Origin: an uncultured delta proteobacterium | GTDB lineage: Bacteria; Desulfobacterota; Binatia; UBA9968 | Assembly (NCBI GenBank): GCA_963847445.1 | Contig: CAWJZV010000009.1 | Coordinates: 32,001 to 96,000 of the forward strand | Length of the DNA: 64,000 nucleotides | Reading direction: 5' to 3' | Shown here: one piece after another, positions 51,854-60,558 of the stretch | Numbering within the stretch: the first letter of the stretch is position 1 | How the letters are laid out: the number at the start of each line of letters is the position of its first letter | Notes under the pieces: generated by a model | What the model saw: only the letters and a program-made list of their open reading frames with translations | The model's database searches: none | What the model was told of the DNA's origin: nothing | Program-made: the position numbers and the translations under genes

Positions 51854-52219
51854 ATGGCAACGAAAAAGATACTGATCGTCGACGACACCGAATTTAACCG
51901 CGACTTGGTCATTCAGCTACTCGACGAAGACTACGACATGGTGATCGCGGAGAACGGTGCAGAAGCGTTGACCGTGACCGAGTCCGAGCGGCCGGATCTG
52001 ATTTTGATGGATCTTGGCATGCCGGTCATGGACGGCTGGGAAGCGACGCGAAAGTTGAAAGCCAACGACGCGCTGAAGCATATCCCTATCATCGCCGTCA
52101 CCTCCCACGCCATGGTCGGCGACGAGATCGACGCGCGCAAAGCCGGCTGCGACGATTACCTGCCGAAGCCGATTGACGACGAGCTGCTGCTGCAGAAGAT
52201 TAAGAAATTCATCGGCTGA
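51854..52219 (+). CDS. single-domain response regulator (DivK/CheY-like)
   Basis: KILIVDD, DLILMDLGMPVMDGWE, AVTSHAM, KPID. Confidence 0.92.
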   Translation: MATKKILIVDDTEFNRDLVIQLLDEDYDMVIAENGAEALTVTESERPDLILMDLGMPVMDGWEATRKLKANDALKHIPIIAVTSHAMVGDEIDARKAGCDDYLPKPIDDELLLQKIKKFIG

Positions 52220-52252
52220 TGTGAATTTGGATTCTGGATTTTCGGTTCTGGA

Positions 52253-53377
52253 TTGGGGAGGCGAAAGGTGACGACAGCGACCCAGCCGGTGATTCTGCCA
52301 CGTGATTCAGGCAATCCACAGTCTCTCAATTCGAAAAAACCAAGTTACGCTCGGTTGTTTTCGGGTTCGGACAATCCAAAAGCGGCCCCGCGGACTAAAA
52401 TCGATATTCACAAATCGCTAGCGTTTCTCTCCGCCGTGCTCGCACTGCTGCTTTGCGCTTCCATTGTTCACGCGCAATCGAAGCTCCCCAAGATCGGCTG
52501 GCTCTCCGCCGTGTCCGGTCCCCCCCGCGGGCGCGAGGAAGTTATTCGACGGCTCCGTGAGCTCGGCCATGTCGACGGCAAGACCGTCGCTTACGAGTTT
52601 CGCTATGCTGATAATAAGTTCGAGCGGCTACCGGCACTTGCCGATGAGCTGGTTCGCCTCAAGGTCGATTTACTGATCACGCCGGGCACTGCCGGCGCCC
52701 TCGCCTTGAAGAAGGCGACCAAGACGATCCCAATAGTTTTCTTAGACGTCACCGATCCGGTCGCCGCCGGCCTCGTTGACAGCCTGGCTCATCCCGGCGG
52801 CAATGTCACGGGCTTCAGCAGCGTTGAGTCGCTGTTGGCCGGCAAACGGCTGGAGCTCCTGAAAGAGACCGTCACTAAACTTTCCTCCGCAGCCGCACTG
52901 TGGGATCCGCGCAATCCAAGCTCAAAGCTGGAATGGCAAGACAGTCAAGCCGCGGCGCGCGAGCTCGGCTTGAAACTTCATTCCCTGGAAGTCAGCAGCG
53001 CCGATAAATACGAGAGCGCCTGGCGCGACGCCAATAAAGCCGGTATCGGCGCGGTCACCGTGTTGTCGACGCCGCTAGCCGCTGCCCATCAAGAACAGAT
53101 TACGCGGTTAGCCGCGAAATACCGCCTGCCGGCGATTTATGTTCAAGAAAACTTTGTTACAGGCGGCGGGTTGATGTCCTACGGCCCCGATCAAAACGAA
53201 CGTTTCAAGCGCATCGCCGTTTTCGTCGACAAGATTTTGAAAGGCGCCAAGCCCGCCGAACTCCCCGTCGAACAGCCGATGAAATTTGATTTCATCGTCA
53301 ATCTCAAGGCAGCGAAGCAGATCGGCCTGACGATCCCGCCCAACGTGTTGGTCAGAGCGGACAGAGTAATCCGGTAA
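52253..53377 (+). CDS. orphan ABC-type substrate-binding protein (COG2984-like); start codon uncertain
   Basis: RLPALADELVRLKVD, DPVAAGLVDSLAHPGGNVTG, KRLELLKE, PAELPVEQPMKF. Confidence 0.85.
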   Translation: MGRRKVTTATQPVILPRDSGNPQSLNSKKPSYARLFSGSDNPKAAPRTKIDIHKSLAFLSAVLALLLCASIVHAQSKLPKIGWLSAVSGPPRGREEVIRRLRELGHVDGKTVAYEFRYADNKFERLPALADELVRLKVDLLITPGTAGALALKKATKTIPIVFLDVTDPVAAGLVDSLAHPGGNVTGFSSVESLLAGKRLELLKETVTKLSSAAALWDPRNPSSKLEWQDSQAAARELGLKLHSLEVSSADKYESAWRDANKAGIGAVTVLSTPLAAAHQEQITRLAAKYRLPAIYVQENFVTGGGLMSYGPDQNERFKRIAVFVDKILKGAKPAELPVEQPMKFDFIVNLKAAKQIGLTIPPNVLVRADRVIR

Positions 53378-53434
53378 CAGCTGTTCATCAGCCGTCAGAT
53401 GTCAGTTGTCAGCGCAGACATCGGAGAAAAATTC

Positions 53435-53530
53435 ATGATGAGGGTAATTATCTGTTTGCTAATGGCGAGTGTCATTCTGACTGCCGCCCCTGCCCCCCAG
53501 GCGCAGCTACCGGCGAAAAAGATTTGCTGA
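53435..53530 (+). pseudogene. truncated signal-peptide remnant of a fourth substrate-binding protein
   Basis: MMRVIICLLMASVILTAAPAPQAQLPAKKIC* followed by GFIAV, resembling the AQQxxKxxRIGFL start of the paralogs; GGAG upstream. Confidence 0.5.
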
Positions 53531-53664
53531 GGTTTCATAGCGGTAAACAATGAAGTTCACACTTCCAACGTGGTTTTCGGATAGCCGATCCGACAAGCCA
53601 TATGCGGCCCCGCGGACGGCAATCCAAAAGCAGCCCAGCAGACTAAAAGGGTAAAGGATGACGT

Positions 53665-54750
53665 ATGCCAAACAAAATCTTAATCGTCGACGATGAACCG
53701 TTCAATCTCGATCTGCTCGAACAAGAGCTGATGGAGTACGAATATGTCCTCGAGCGCGCCACCGACGGCATCGACGCGCTGGCGAAAGCTGATAGTTTCA
53801 GTCCGGACATCATCCTGCTCGACTACATGATGCCGAGGATGAACGGCCTCGAAGTCGTCAGGGCGCTACGGCAGAGCGAGCGCCACAAGAGCGTGCCGGT
53901 GATCCTCTTAACCGCCAAAGCGACTCAGGAAGACAAGATCGCCGGCCTCGACGCCGGCGCCGACGATTATGTCACCAAGCCGTTCGATTCTTTCGAGTTA
54001 TTAGCGCGGGTGCGCGCCATGCTGCGCATCAAAGAGCTGCACGACCAACTGGGCGACTGGAATCGCACGCTGGCGGAGAAAGTTCAGCAACAAGTCGGCG
54101 AGCTCAAGCGCATGGAGCGTTTGAAACGCTACCTCTCGCCGCAAATCGCCGAGACCATCCTGGAGAAAGAAGAAAACCTGTTCAAAACCCATCGCCGCGA
54201 GATCACCGTGGTGTTCCTCGACCTGCGTGGCTTCACGGCGTTCTCGGACAATGCGGAGCCCGAGGAGGTCATGGACCTTCTGCGCGATTATCACGCCGAG
54301 ATGGGCAAGTTGATTTTCCAATTTGAAGGCACACTGGAACGTTTCGTCGGCGACGGCATCGTGGTGATCTTCAACGATCCGCTGCCCTGTGAAGACCATG
54401 GCCGCAAAGCCGTCAGCATGGCGATCGAGATGCGCGACCGGGTGAAAGAACTGCGTATCGCGTGGACGAAGAAGGGCTACGATCTCGACCTCGGTGTCGG
54501 CTTAGCCACCGGCTACGCGACCTTGGGCACCATCGGTTTCGAGGGACGCATGGACTATAGCTCGGTCGGTAATTTGCCAAATCTCGCGGCGCGCATGTGC
54601 GCCGAGGCCAAGGGCGGACAGATCCTCACCGACCAAAAAACCATGAGCCGGTTGGAAGAGTTCTTCGATAGCGAAGCCTTCGAGGAATTCCAATTGAAAG
54701 GACTAAGCCGTCCGGTGCGAGTGTTTAATATCGTCGCAACGAAGGCGTAG
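53665..54750 (+). CDS. response regulator-class III nucleotidyl (adenylate/guanylate) cyclase
   Basis: REC domain, [42 protein letters not shown]. Confidence 0.92.
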   Translation: MPNKILIVDDEPFNLDLLEQELMEYEYVLERATDGIDALAKADSFSPDIILLDYMMPRMNGLEVVRALRQSERHKSVPVILLTAKATQEDKIAGLDAGADDYVTKPFDSFELLARVRAMLRIKELHDQLGDWNRTLAEKVQQQVGELKRMERLKRYLSPQIAETILEKEENLFKTHRREITVVFLDLRGFTAFSDNAEPEEVMDLLRDYHAEMGKLIFQFEGTLERFVGDGIVVIFNDPLPCEDHGRKAVSMAIEMRDRVKELRIAWTKKGYDLDLGVGLATGYATLGTIGFEGRMDYSSVGNLPNLAARMCAEAKGGQILTDQKTMSRLEEFFDSEAFEEFQLKGLSRPVRVFNIVATKA

Positions 54751-55114
54751 CGGCAATCCCTCCGTGTCACGCTGTCTGCGTCAGAGGTTTTTTTTCCTTG
54801 TCTGCGCCTACTTCAAATTTCGCAACGCGAACCAATTTCCTGCCAGCTTCCGAGTGACAGCGATCGCGTTTCCCATCTGAGTTAGCTTCTATCAGCGCGA
54901 TTCTACGCGACGCGAATGATGATTTTTCAAAAATTGGCCGGGCAATCTTTCTCCAGCGTCATTACAACGCGGCATGGGATCAAGTTTCACGAATAAAACA
55001 ACGCGTCGTTAAATTGTAACGCGTCGTTGCAAGCAAACTCTATCAAGACATCGTAGTTCGGCGCATGCGAATAGAAAATTTTCGGAAAAAAAATTGTAGA
55101 ATAGTATTTTTTTC

Positions 55115-55144
55115 TTGACATACTATTAATTGTGTCATTATACT
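55115..55144 (+). promoter_or_regulatory. strong sigma-70 promoter with AT-rich upstream region
   Basis: TTGACA-N18-TATACT; TGACA...TGTCA inverted repeat overlaps it; A/T tracts at about 55073-55113. Confidence 0.7.
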
Positions 55145-55258
55145 CTGCGCAGGTACAAAATATGGGAGGGTTGCTGATAGTAAACTGTCTTCGCCTGAGT
55201 CAAGCTGTTCTTCCTATCAAGAAAATACCCGCCCGTTTAATCTTACAAGGAGGTGCTT

Positions 55259-55306
55259 ATGGCAGCTAAGAAAAAGGCCAAAAAGAAAGCCAAAAAGAAA
55301 AAGTAG
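55259..55306 (+). CDS. 15-aa lysine-rich micropeptide MAAKKKAKKKAKKKK
   Basis: AAGGAGGT ribosome-binding site 4 nt before the ATG; mixed AAG/AAA codons keep the frame; own promoter and terminator. Confidence 0.7.
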   Translation: MAAKKKAKKKAKKKK

Positions 55307-55390
55307 TCAATTAGTTGTGGGGTTGTGGTGGTGGTAGTATAAACCCTCCTTACTCTCAGGCGACCAGATAACCGTTCTGGTTATCTATCA

Positions 55391-55431
55391 CAGAAGCCCT
55401 CCGGAGATGATTCGGGGGGCTTTCTGCTTTT
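55391..55431 (+). terminator. intrinsic terminator
   Basis: agccctccgga-gatga-ttcggggggct followed by ttctgctttt. Confidence 0.7.
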
Positions 55432-55591
55432 AGAAACTACGTTTCCATAATTCTTGAGCGTCTCAGACCGGCATATCGCCAACATAGCAACGAGTTTTAC
55501 CTGGCCTGCTCATGGGAACCAATTTACCGCGGTGCCGGTTGCATCAGTGTCCTTATTGCGCCGCTTTGAACAGTTGGTTAGAGTGTCGCGA

Positions 55592-56167
55592 ATGTCTAAG
55601 ATCAAGCCTCCGCATATTTACTTGGCTCTCTGTCTGGTTCAGCTGATTTTTCTCGGCTGGACAGCTCGCGCCGGCGACGCCGCCGAGTCCTCAAGCAAAG
55701 CCGACTACAAAGCGGTGCCGATTCTCCAGCCGATGAAAGAGGTCGCGCCGACGCCGGAAATCAATCTCACCACACCCGACGGCAAAAAGATTTCTTTGCG
55801 CGACTTTCGCGGCAAGATCGTTATGTTGAATTTTTGGGCCAGCTGGTGCGTCCCTTGCCGCGAAGAGATGCCGGCGATGGAAAAGCTCTATCAAGAATTT
55901 AAGGACAAAAACTTTGTCATCCTCGCGGTGGCGGTCAAAGATCGCAAACAAGACGCCGTCGATTTCGTCAAGGAACTCAAGCTCACCTATCCAGTCGCCC
56001 TCGATCCAGAGGGGAAAGTCGGCCAGGAATATGGCGCTTGGGGATTGCCCGCGACCTATCTCATCGGTCCCAAAGGCGAGGGTTTGGCGCGCGGTTGGGG
56101 ACCGGCGGAGTGGCATGGCGCGGGCGCGCGTAAACTGATCAAAGACTTGGTCGACGGCAAGCGATGA
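55592..56167 (+). CDS. TlpA/ResA family thiol-disulfide oxidoreductase
   Basis: NFWASWCVPCREEMP, GLPATYLI; N-terminal anchor. Confidence 0.88.
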   Translation: MSKIKPPHIYLALCLVQLIFLGWTARAGDAAESSSKADYKAVPILQPMKEVAPTPEINLTTPDGKKISLRDFRGKIVMLNFWASWCVPCREEMPAMEKLYQEFKDKNFVILAVAVKDRKQDAVDFVKELKLTYPVALDPEGKVGQEYGAWGLPATYLIGPKGEGLARGWGPAEWHGAGARKLIKDLVDGKR

Positions 56168-56901
56168 CCGACGTCAACGCCTTTGTCGCTTTCGCCGCCG
56201 GGATTTTTTCTTTTCTCTCTCCCTGCGTATTGCCGCTGATCCCATCGTATCTTTCTTTCGTTTCGGGGGTTTCCCTTGACGAAATGCGCAGTAAGCAGGC
56301 GCGCTCGCAGGTACGCTGGCGCGTCCTGCTCAACTCGCTGGCGTTTATTTTGGGCTTCTCCTTGGTCTTCGTCTCCCTGGGCGCGTCGGCAAGTTTTCTC
56401 GGCGGCCTGTTTATGGGCTATCGCGACGCCATTCGCATCACCGGTGGGATATTTATCTTGCTCGTCGGACTCTATCTGGTCGGTGCTTTCAAGATCACCG
56501 CTCTCGACCGCTATTTACAGTTCAATTTGAAAGACAAGCCGGCCGGTTACTTAGGTTCGGTCCTGGTCGGCATCACCTTCGCGGTCGCTTGGACGCCTTG
56601 CGTCGGTCCGATCCTCGGCGCCACGCTGGCATTGGCCAGCACCTCCGGCGAAATCGGCCGCGGCACGTTCTTGCTCATGAGCTATGCCGCTGGTCTGGGG
56701 CTGCCATTTTTCTTGAGCGCGCTGGCGATCGACTCATTTTTTCAGTTCTCGCAGAAACTGCGCCACTATATTCAAGCGATTCATGTGGTCGGCGGCATTC
56801 TCTTGATCGTCGTCGGCATCCTGTTGATCACCGACTACATGACCATTTTGAATGCCTACGCGCTTCGTTTTACGCCCCACTGGCTGCTGCAGCGGCTCTA
56901 G
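56164..56901 (+). CDS. ccdA: cytochrome c biogenesis protein CcdA
   Basis: SFLSPCVLPLIPSYL and WTPCVGPILG. Confidence 0.92.
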   Translation: MTDVNAFVAFAAGIFSFLSPCVLPLIPSYLSFVSGVSLDEMRSKQARSQVRWRVLLNSLAFILGFSLVFVSLGASASFLGGLFMGYRDAIRITGGIFILLVGLYLVGAFKITALDRYLQFNLKDKPAGYLGSVLVGITFAVAWTPCVGPILGATLALASTSGEIGRGTFLLMSYAAGLGLPFFLSALAIDSFFQFSQKLRHYIQAIHVVGGILLIVVGILLITDYMTILNAYALRFTPHWLLQRL

Positions 56902-56991
56902 CAGCTAGTTTGTTTGACCCGTCACAGGCTAAATGTTAGCTTTTTGAAACTTAACTCTAGGTCAATGAGTCCCGCCAACAGCGGAGCAATC

Positions 56992-57541
56992 ATGGAAGAA
57001 CAGATTCGGCAAATTCTCAAAGCCATCGGCGAAGATCCCGAGCGTGAAGGACTGCTTAAAACGCCGCAGCGCGTCGCTGAAGCACTGGCCTTTTTGACCC
57101 GCGGTTATGACATGGACCCTGAGAAGGTGATCAACGATGCGCTGTTTACCGAAGATTACTCGGAAATGATCGTCCAGCGCGACATCGATTTTTACTCGTT
57201 GTGCGAACACCACATGTTACCGTTCATCGGCAAAGCTCATGTCGCCTACATTCCGCATCATAAAATTGTCGGTATCTCCAAACTCGCCCGGCTGGTCGAC
57301 ATTTATGCGGCCCGCTTGCAAGTCCAAGAGCGCATGACCAACCAGATCGCCACGACGATCATGGAAAAACTCGACGCCCTAGGTGTCGCCGTGGTGCTCG
57401 AAGCCGAACATCTGTGCATGCGCATGCGCGGCGTGGAAAAACAGAACTCCTACGTCATCACCAGCAGCTTTGCTCGGCGCCTTTCGGACCCGCCAGGAAA
57501 CCCGCGCCGAGTTCATGAATTTGATCCGGCGCAAGGATTGA
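56992..57541 (+). CDS. folE: GTP cyclohydrolase I (frameshift near 57469)
   Basis: [40 protein letters not shown]; the true C-terminus [17 protein letters not shown] lies in another frame. Confidence 0.92.
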
Positions 57542-57552
57542 GCGAGAGCGCC

Positions 57553-59031
57553 ATGATGGAAATCCGTTTTCGCGATAGCACCGCTGACCGCATAAAATCC
57601 GACTTGGTCGTTATCCCCGTGCGCGATAAGCAGCTCGACAACCCGGCGCTGCGCGCCCTCGACCGCCATCTCAAAGGCCAGCTGCGCGCGCGCATGAGCA
57701 AAAGTAATTTCACCGGCGCCGAAGGCAGCGTTTTGCTGCATCCGACCGCGGGCATGCTGCCGGCAGCGTATCTGTTGCTCGTCGGTATCGGCGCTGGCGA
57801 AACCAGTGGCGACACATGGCGCAAGGCCGGCGCCAAGGCGCGCAAAGAAGCCGGCGCCATCGGTGCCGGCGAATTCGCCATGCTCTTGACTGCGGAAAAC
57901 AATCTCGAGAGCGCCGCCGGCGCCATCGTCGAAGGCGCCGCACTGGCCGGCTATCAGTTCAACAAATATCGATCGAACGGCAAGCCCGCTACGGCACTGA
58001 ATCGTTTGACCCTGTTTCGTTCCGGTTTAAAGAAAACCAGCGGGTTGCAGAAATCGGTAGATATCGCGCAAGCCACCGCGCCCGGAGTTTTCCTGGCGCG
58101 CGATTTGGTTAACGAACCGCCGTCGGTGGCGACGGCAAAATTTCTCGGCGCCCAAGCCCAGCGCGCCTGCCAAGGCCGCGGTCTATCGGTGGAAGTGTGG
58201 AACAAGAAAAAAATCGAGGCGATGAAGTTAGCCGGCCTGCTGGCGGTCAATCGCGGCAGCTTGGAAGAGCCGCGCTTCATTCGTATCCGCTACCGGCCCG
58301 CCGGCAAAGCGCGCAAGCGCGTCGCGCTGATCGGCAAAGGCATCACCTTCGACTCCGGCGGCCTGTCGCTCAAGCCGTCGAAATCGATGGAGACCATGAA
58401 GCTCGACATGGCCGGCGGCGCCGCGGTCATCGCCACCATGAGTTGCCTGCCCAAGTTGGGCCTCGATATCGAGGTCACCGGCTACGTGCCGACCACCGAC
58501 AATTTGCCGGGCCATAATGCGCAGAAGCCCGGCGATGTCATTCGTTATATGAACGGCAAGACCATCGAAGTGTTAAACACCGACGCCGAGGGCCGCTTGA
58601 TTCTCGCCGACGCGCTCGCTCTAGCGGCGCAACAAAAACCCGACTACATGATCAATCTGGCCACGCTGACCGGCGCCTGCATGACCGCTCTCGGCACGCA
58701 GGTTGGCGGCATCTTCAGCAACCACCAGCCGTTGGCGGACAGTCTGCTGCGGAGCGGCCAGGAAGCCGGTGAAAAACTCTGGCAACTGCCGCTGGTGAAG
58801 GAATATAAAGAGCTGATCAAGAGCGCTGTCGCCGACATGAAAAACATCGGCGGCGCCCATGGCGGCGCCATCACCGCGGCGCTGATCCTGCAGGAGTTCG
58901 TCGGCGACACCGCCTGGGCCCATCTCGACATCGCCGGCCCCGCCTTTGCCGAAAGCGACAATCTGCTCGGTCCCAAAGGCGGCACCGGCTTCGGCGTGCG
59001 CACGTTAATAAAATTTTTGCTGAGTCTTTAA
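57553..59031 (+). CDS. pepA: leucyl aminopeptidase (M17)
   Basis: [44 protein letters not shown]. Confidence 0.95.
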   Translation: MMEIRFRDSTADRIKSDLVVIPVRDKQLDNPALRALDRHLKGQLRARMSKSNFTGAEGSVLLHPTAGMLPAAYLLLVGIGAGETSGDTWRKAGAKARKEAGAIGAGEFAMLLTAENNLESAAGAIVEGAALAGYQFNKYRSNGKPATALNRLTLFRSGLKKTSGLQKSVDIAQATAPGVFLARDLVNEPPSVATAKFLGAQAQRACQGRGLSVEVWNKKKIEAMKLAGLLAVNRGSLEEPRFIRIRYRPAGKARKRVALIGKGITFDSGGLSLKPSKSMETMKLDMAGGAAVIATMSCLPKLGLDIEVTGYVPTTDNLPGHNAQKPGDVIRYMNGKTIEVLNTDAEGRLILADALALAAQQKPDYMINLATLTGACMTALGTQVGGIFSNHQPLADSLLRSGQEAGEKLWQLPLVKEYKELIKSAVADMKNIGGAHGGAITAALILQEFVGDTAWAHLDIAGPAFAESDNLLGPKGGTGFGVRTLIKFLLSL

Positions 59032-59041
59032 GGAGGCGATC

Positions 59042-59368
59042 GTGGGAAAAATTACCGAAGTGGGCGATCACAATTTCGAAACTGAAGTGCTCAAATCCGC
59101 CGTGCCGGTGCTGGTCGACTTCTGGGCGCCTTGGTGCGGCCCGTGCAAAGCGATCGCGCCGATGGTCGAAGAAATCGCCGGCGAATACGACGGCAAGTTG
59201 AAAGTCGCCAAACTCAACGTCGACGACCATCCCGCCACCGCCGCGAAATACGGCATCCGCGGCATTCCGAATTTGATTATCTTAAAAGGCGGCGCGGTCA
59301 AAGAACAGATCGTCGGCGCGGTGCCGAAGGCAAAATTGGTCGCCGCCATCGATAAAGCGTTACAGTAA
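59042..59368 (+). CDS. trxA: thioredoxin
   Basis: WAPWCGPCK, GIRGIP; AAGGAGG ribosome-binding site with GTG start. Confidence 0.95.
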   Translation: MGKITEVGDHNFETEVLKSAVPVLVDFWAPWCGPCKAIAPMVEEIAGEYDGKLKVAKLNVDDHPATAAKYGIRGIPNLIILKGGAVKEQIVGAVPKAKLVAAIDKALQ

Positions 59369-59454
59369 GCGCCTCAGTTGAATTGCCAACGGCTGGAGTG
59401 GTGGTCGGATTCTGCCCATCGCTCCAGCACTCCGTGACTCCCCCACTCCATTGT

Positions 59455-60558
59455 TCAGAACACGTAGCGCCGCATACTGACGTTGATGATCACGCCGATG
59501 GCGAACATCATCGACGCTAAGGCGGAGCCGCCATAGCTCACCATCGGCAACGGCACGCCGACCACCGGCATGAGCCCGGTGACCATCGAAATGTTGATCG
59601 CCACATGCCAGAAAATGATTGACAGCATGCCGAACACCAAAAGCGCGCCGAATCGGTCCTTGGCCCGCTGCACAATGCCGAGACAGTAAGCGACTATGAT
59701 CACGAACAGTAGCAATAGCGCGGCGCAACCGACAAAGCCCCACTCTTCGGAAAACACCGCGAAGATGAAATCGGTGTGCTGCTCGGGTAGGAAGTTCAAC
59801 CGGTTCTGCGTGCCGTGGAGCCAGCCCTTGCCAAACAATTTGCCCGAGCCGACGGCGATCTGCGACTGAATGACATGGTAACCGGCGCCGAGCGGATCGC
59901 GGTCGGGGTCGAGAAAGGTAAGAATGCGATTGCGTTGATATGGCTTCAAAAACTGCCAAGCGACAGGCAGCAACGCAATTCCGGCGCCAACCAGGTATGA
60001 AAACGATCGCAACCGCAAACCGCCCATCAACACCATGCTCATGAACACGATGCCGAGAATGATCGCCGTGCCTAAGTCAGGTTGGATCAAGGTCAAAAAT
60101 ATCAACGGCGCCACCATGGCAAAGGGCACCAAGAGATTGCGCAGATAATAACCATCGGCCGGCTCGTCGGCCTGAAAATATTTCGCCATGAGCAGCACGA
60201 TGGCGAGTTTGGCGGGCTCCGACGGTTGCAAGCGAAAGAAACCGAGATTGATCCAGCGCTGCGAACCGCCGCCGGAATGGCCGACGATGACGACGAGAAT
60301 CAGCAGCAGCAGCATCAAGCCGTAGAACGGATAGGCCAGCCGGTCGATATAGTGATAGTCAAAACTGATCGCCACGAACATCGCCACCAAGCCGAGACCC
60401 AGCCAAGTCAGCTGGCGCATCGGCAAAGCGCCGGCGTGGCCGGTGGCGAGATTGTAGTTGGCACTGTAGATGGTTGTGATACCGATGGCGACCAAGGTCA
60501 ACACCAGCAAAAAGAGCGTCCAGTCGAAGTGCGAGATCAAGCGCCGGTCAATCTGCAC
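59455..60558 (-). CDS. rodA: rod shape-determining protein RodA
   Basis: QPSEPAK, QPDLGT, GYHVIQS, LPEQHTDFIF, PVVGVPLPMVSYGGS. Confidence 0.95.
   Translation of the reverse strand: MQIDRRLISHFDWTLFLLVLTLVAIGITTIYSANYNLATGHAGALPMRQLTWLGLGLVAMFVAISFDYHYIDRLAYPFYGLMLLLLILVVIVGHSGGGSQRWINLGFFRLQPSEPAKLAIVLLMAKYFQADEPADGYYLRNLLVPFAMVAPLIFLTLIQPDLGTAIILGIVFMSMVLMGGLRLRSFSYLVGAGIALLPVAWQFLKPYQRNRILTFLDPDRDPLGAGYHVIQSQIAVGSGKLFGKGWLHGTQNRLNFLPEQHTDFIFAVFSEEWGFVGCAALLLLFVIIVAYCLGIVQRAKDRFGALLVFGMLSIIFWHVAINISMVTGLMPVVGVPLPMVSYGGSALASMMFAIGVIINVSMRRYVF

Noticed and set aside
40266-54750. Pycsar/CBASS-like antiphage system (cyclase + cNMP-binding membrane protein + MBL)
   Set aside because: The cyclase is REC-fused and embedded in a two-component locus, the membrane part is a full DASS fold, and the genes are about 9 kb apart; signalling fits better, though the cyclic product is untested.
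55150-55431. tmRNA, 6S RNA or tRNA
   Set aside because: No tRNA-like acceptor or T-arm ends, the ORF has its own SD and ATG and no Ala-Ala tag, and no 6S-like central bubble was recognised.
56914-59031. 705-aa FolE-PepA fusion
   Set aside because: The conserved FolE C-terminus (LGAFR...TRAEF) is in another frame and stops at 57541; one extra T near 57469 explains the fusion.
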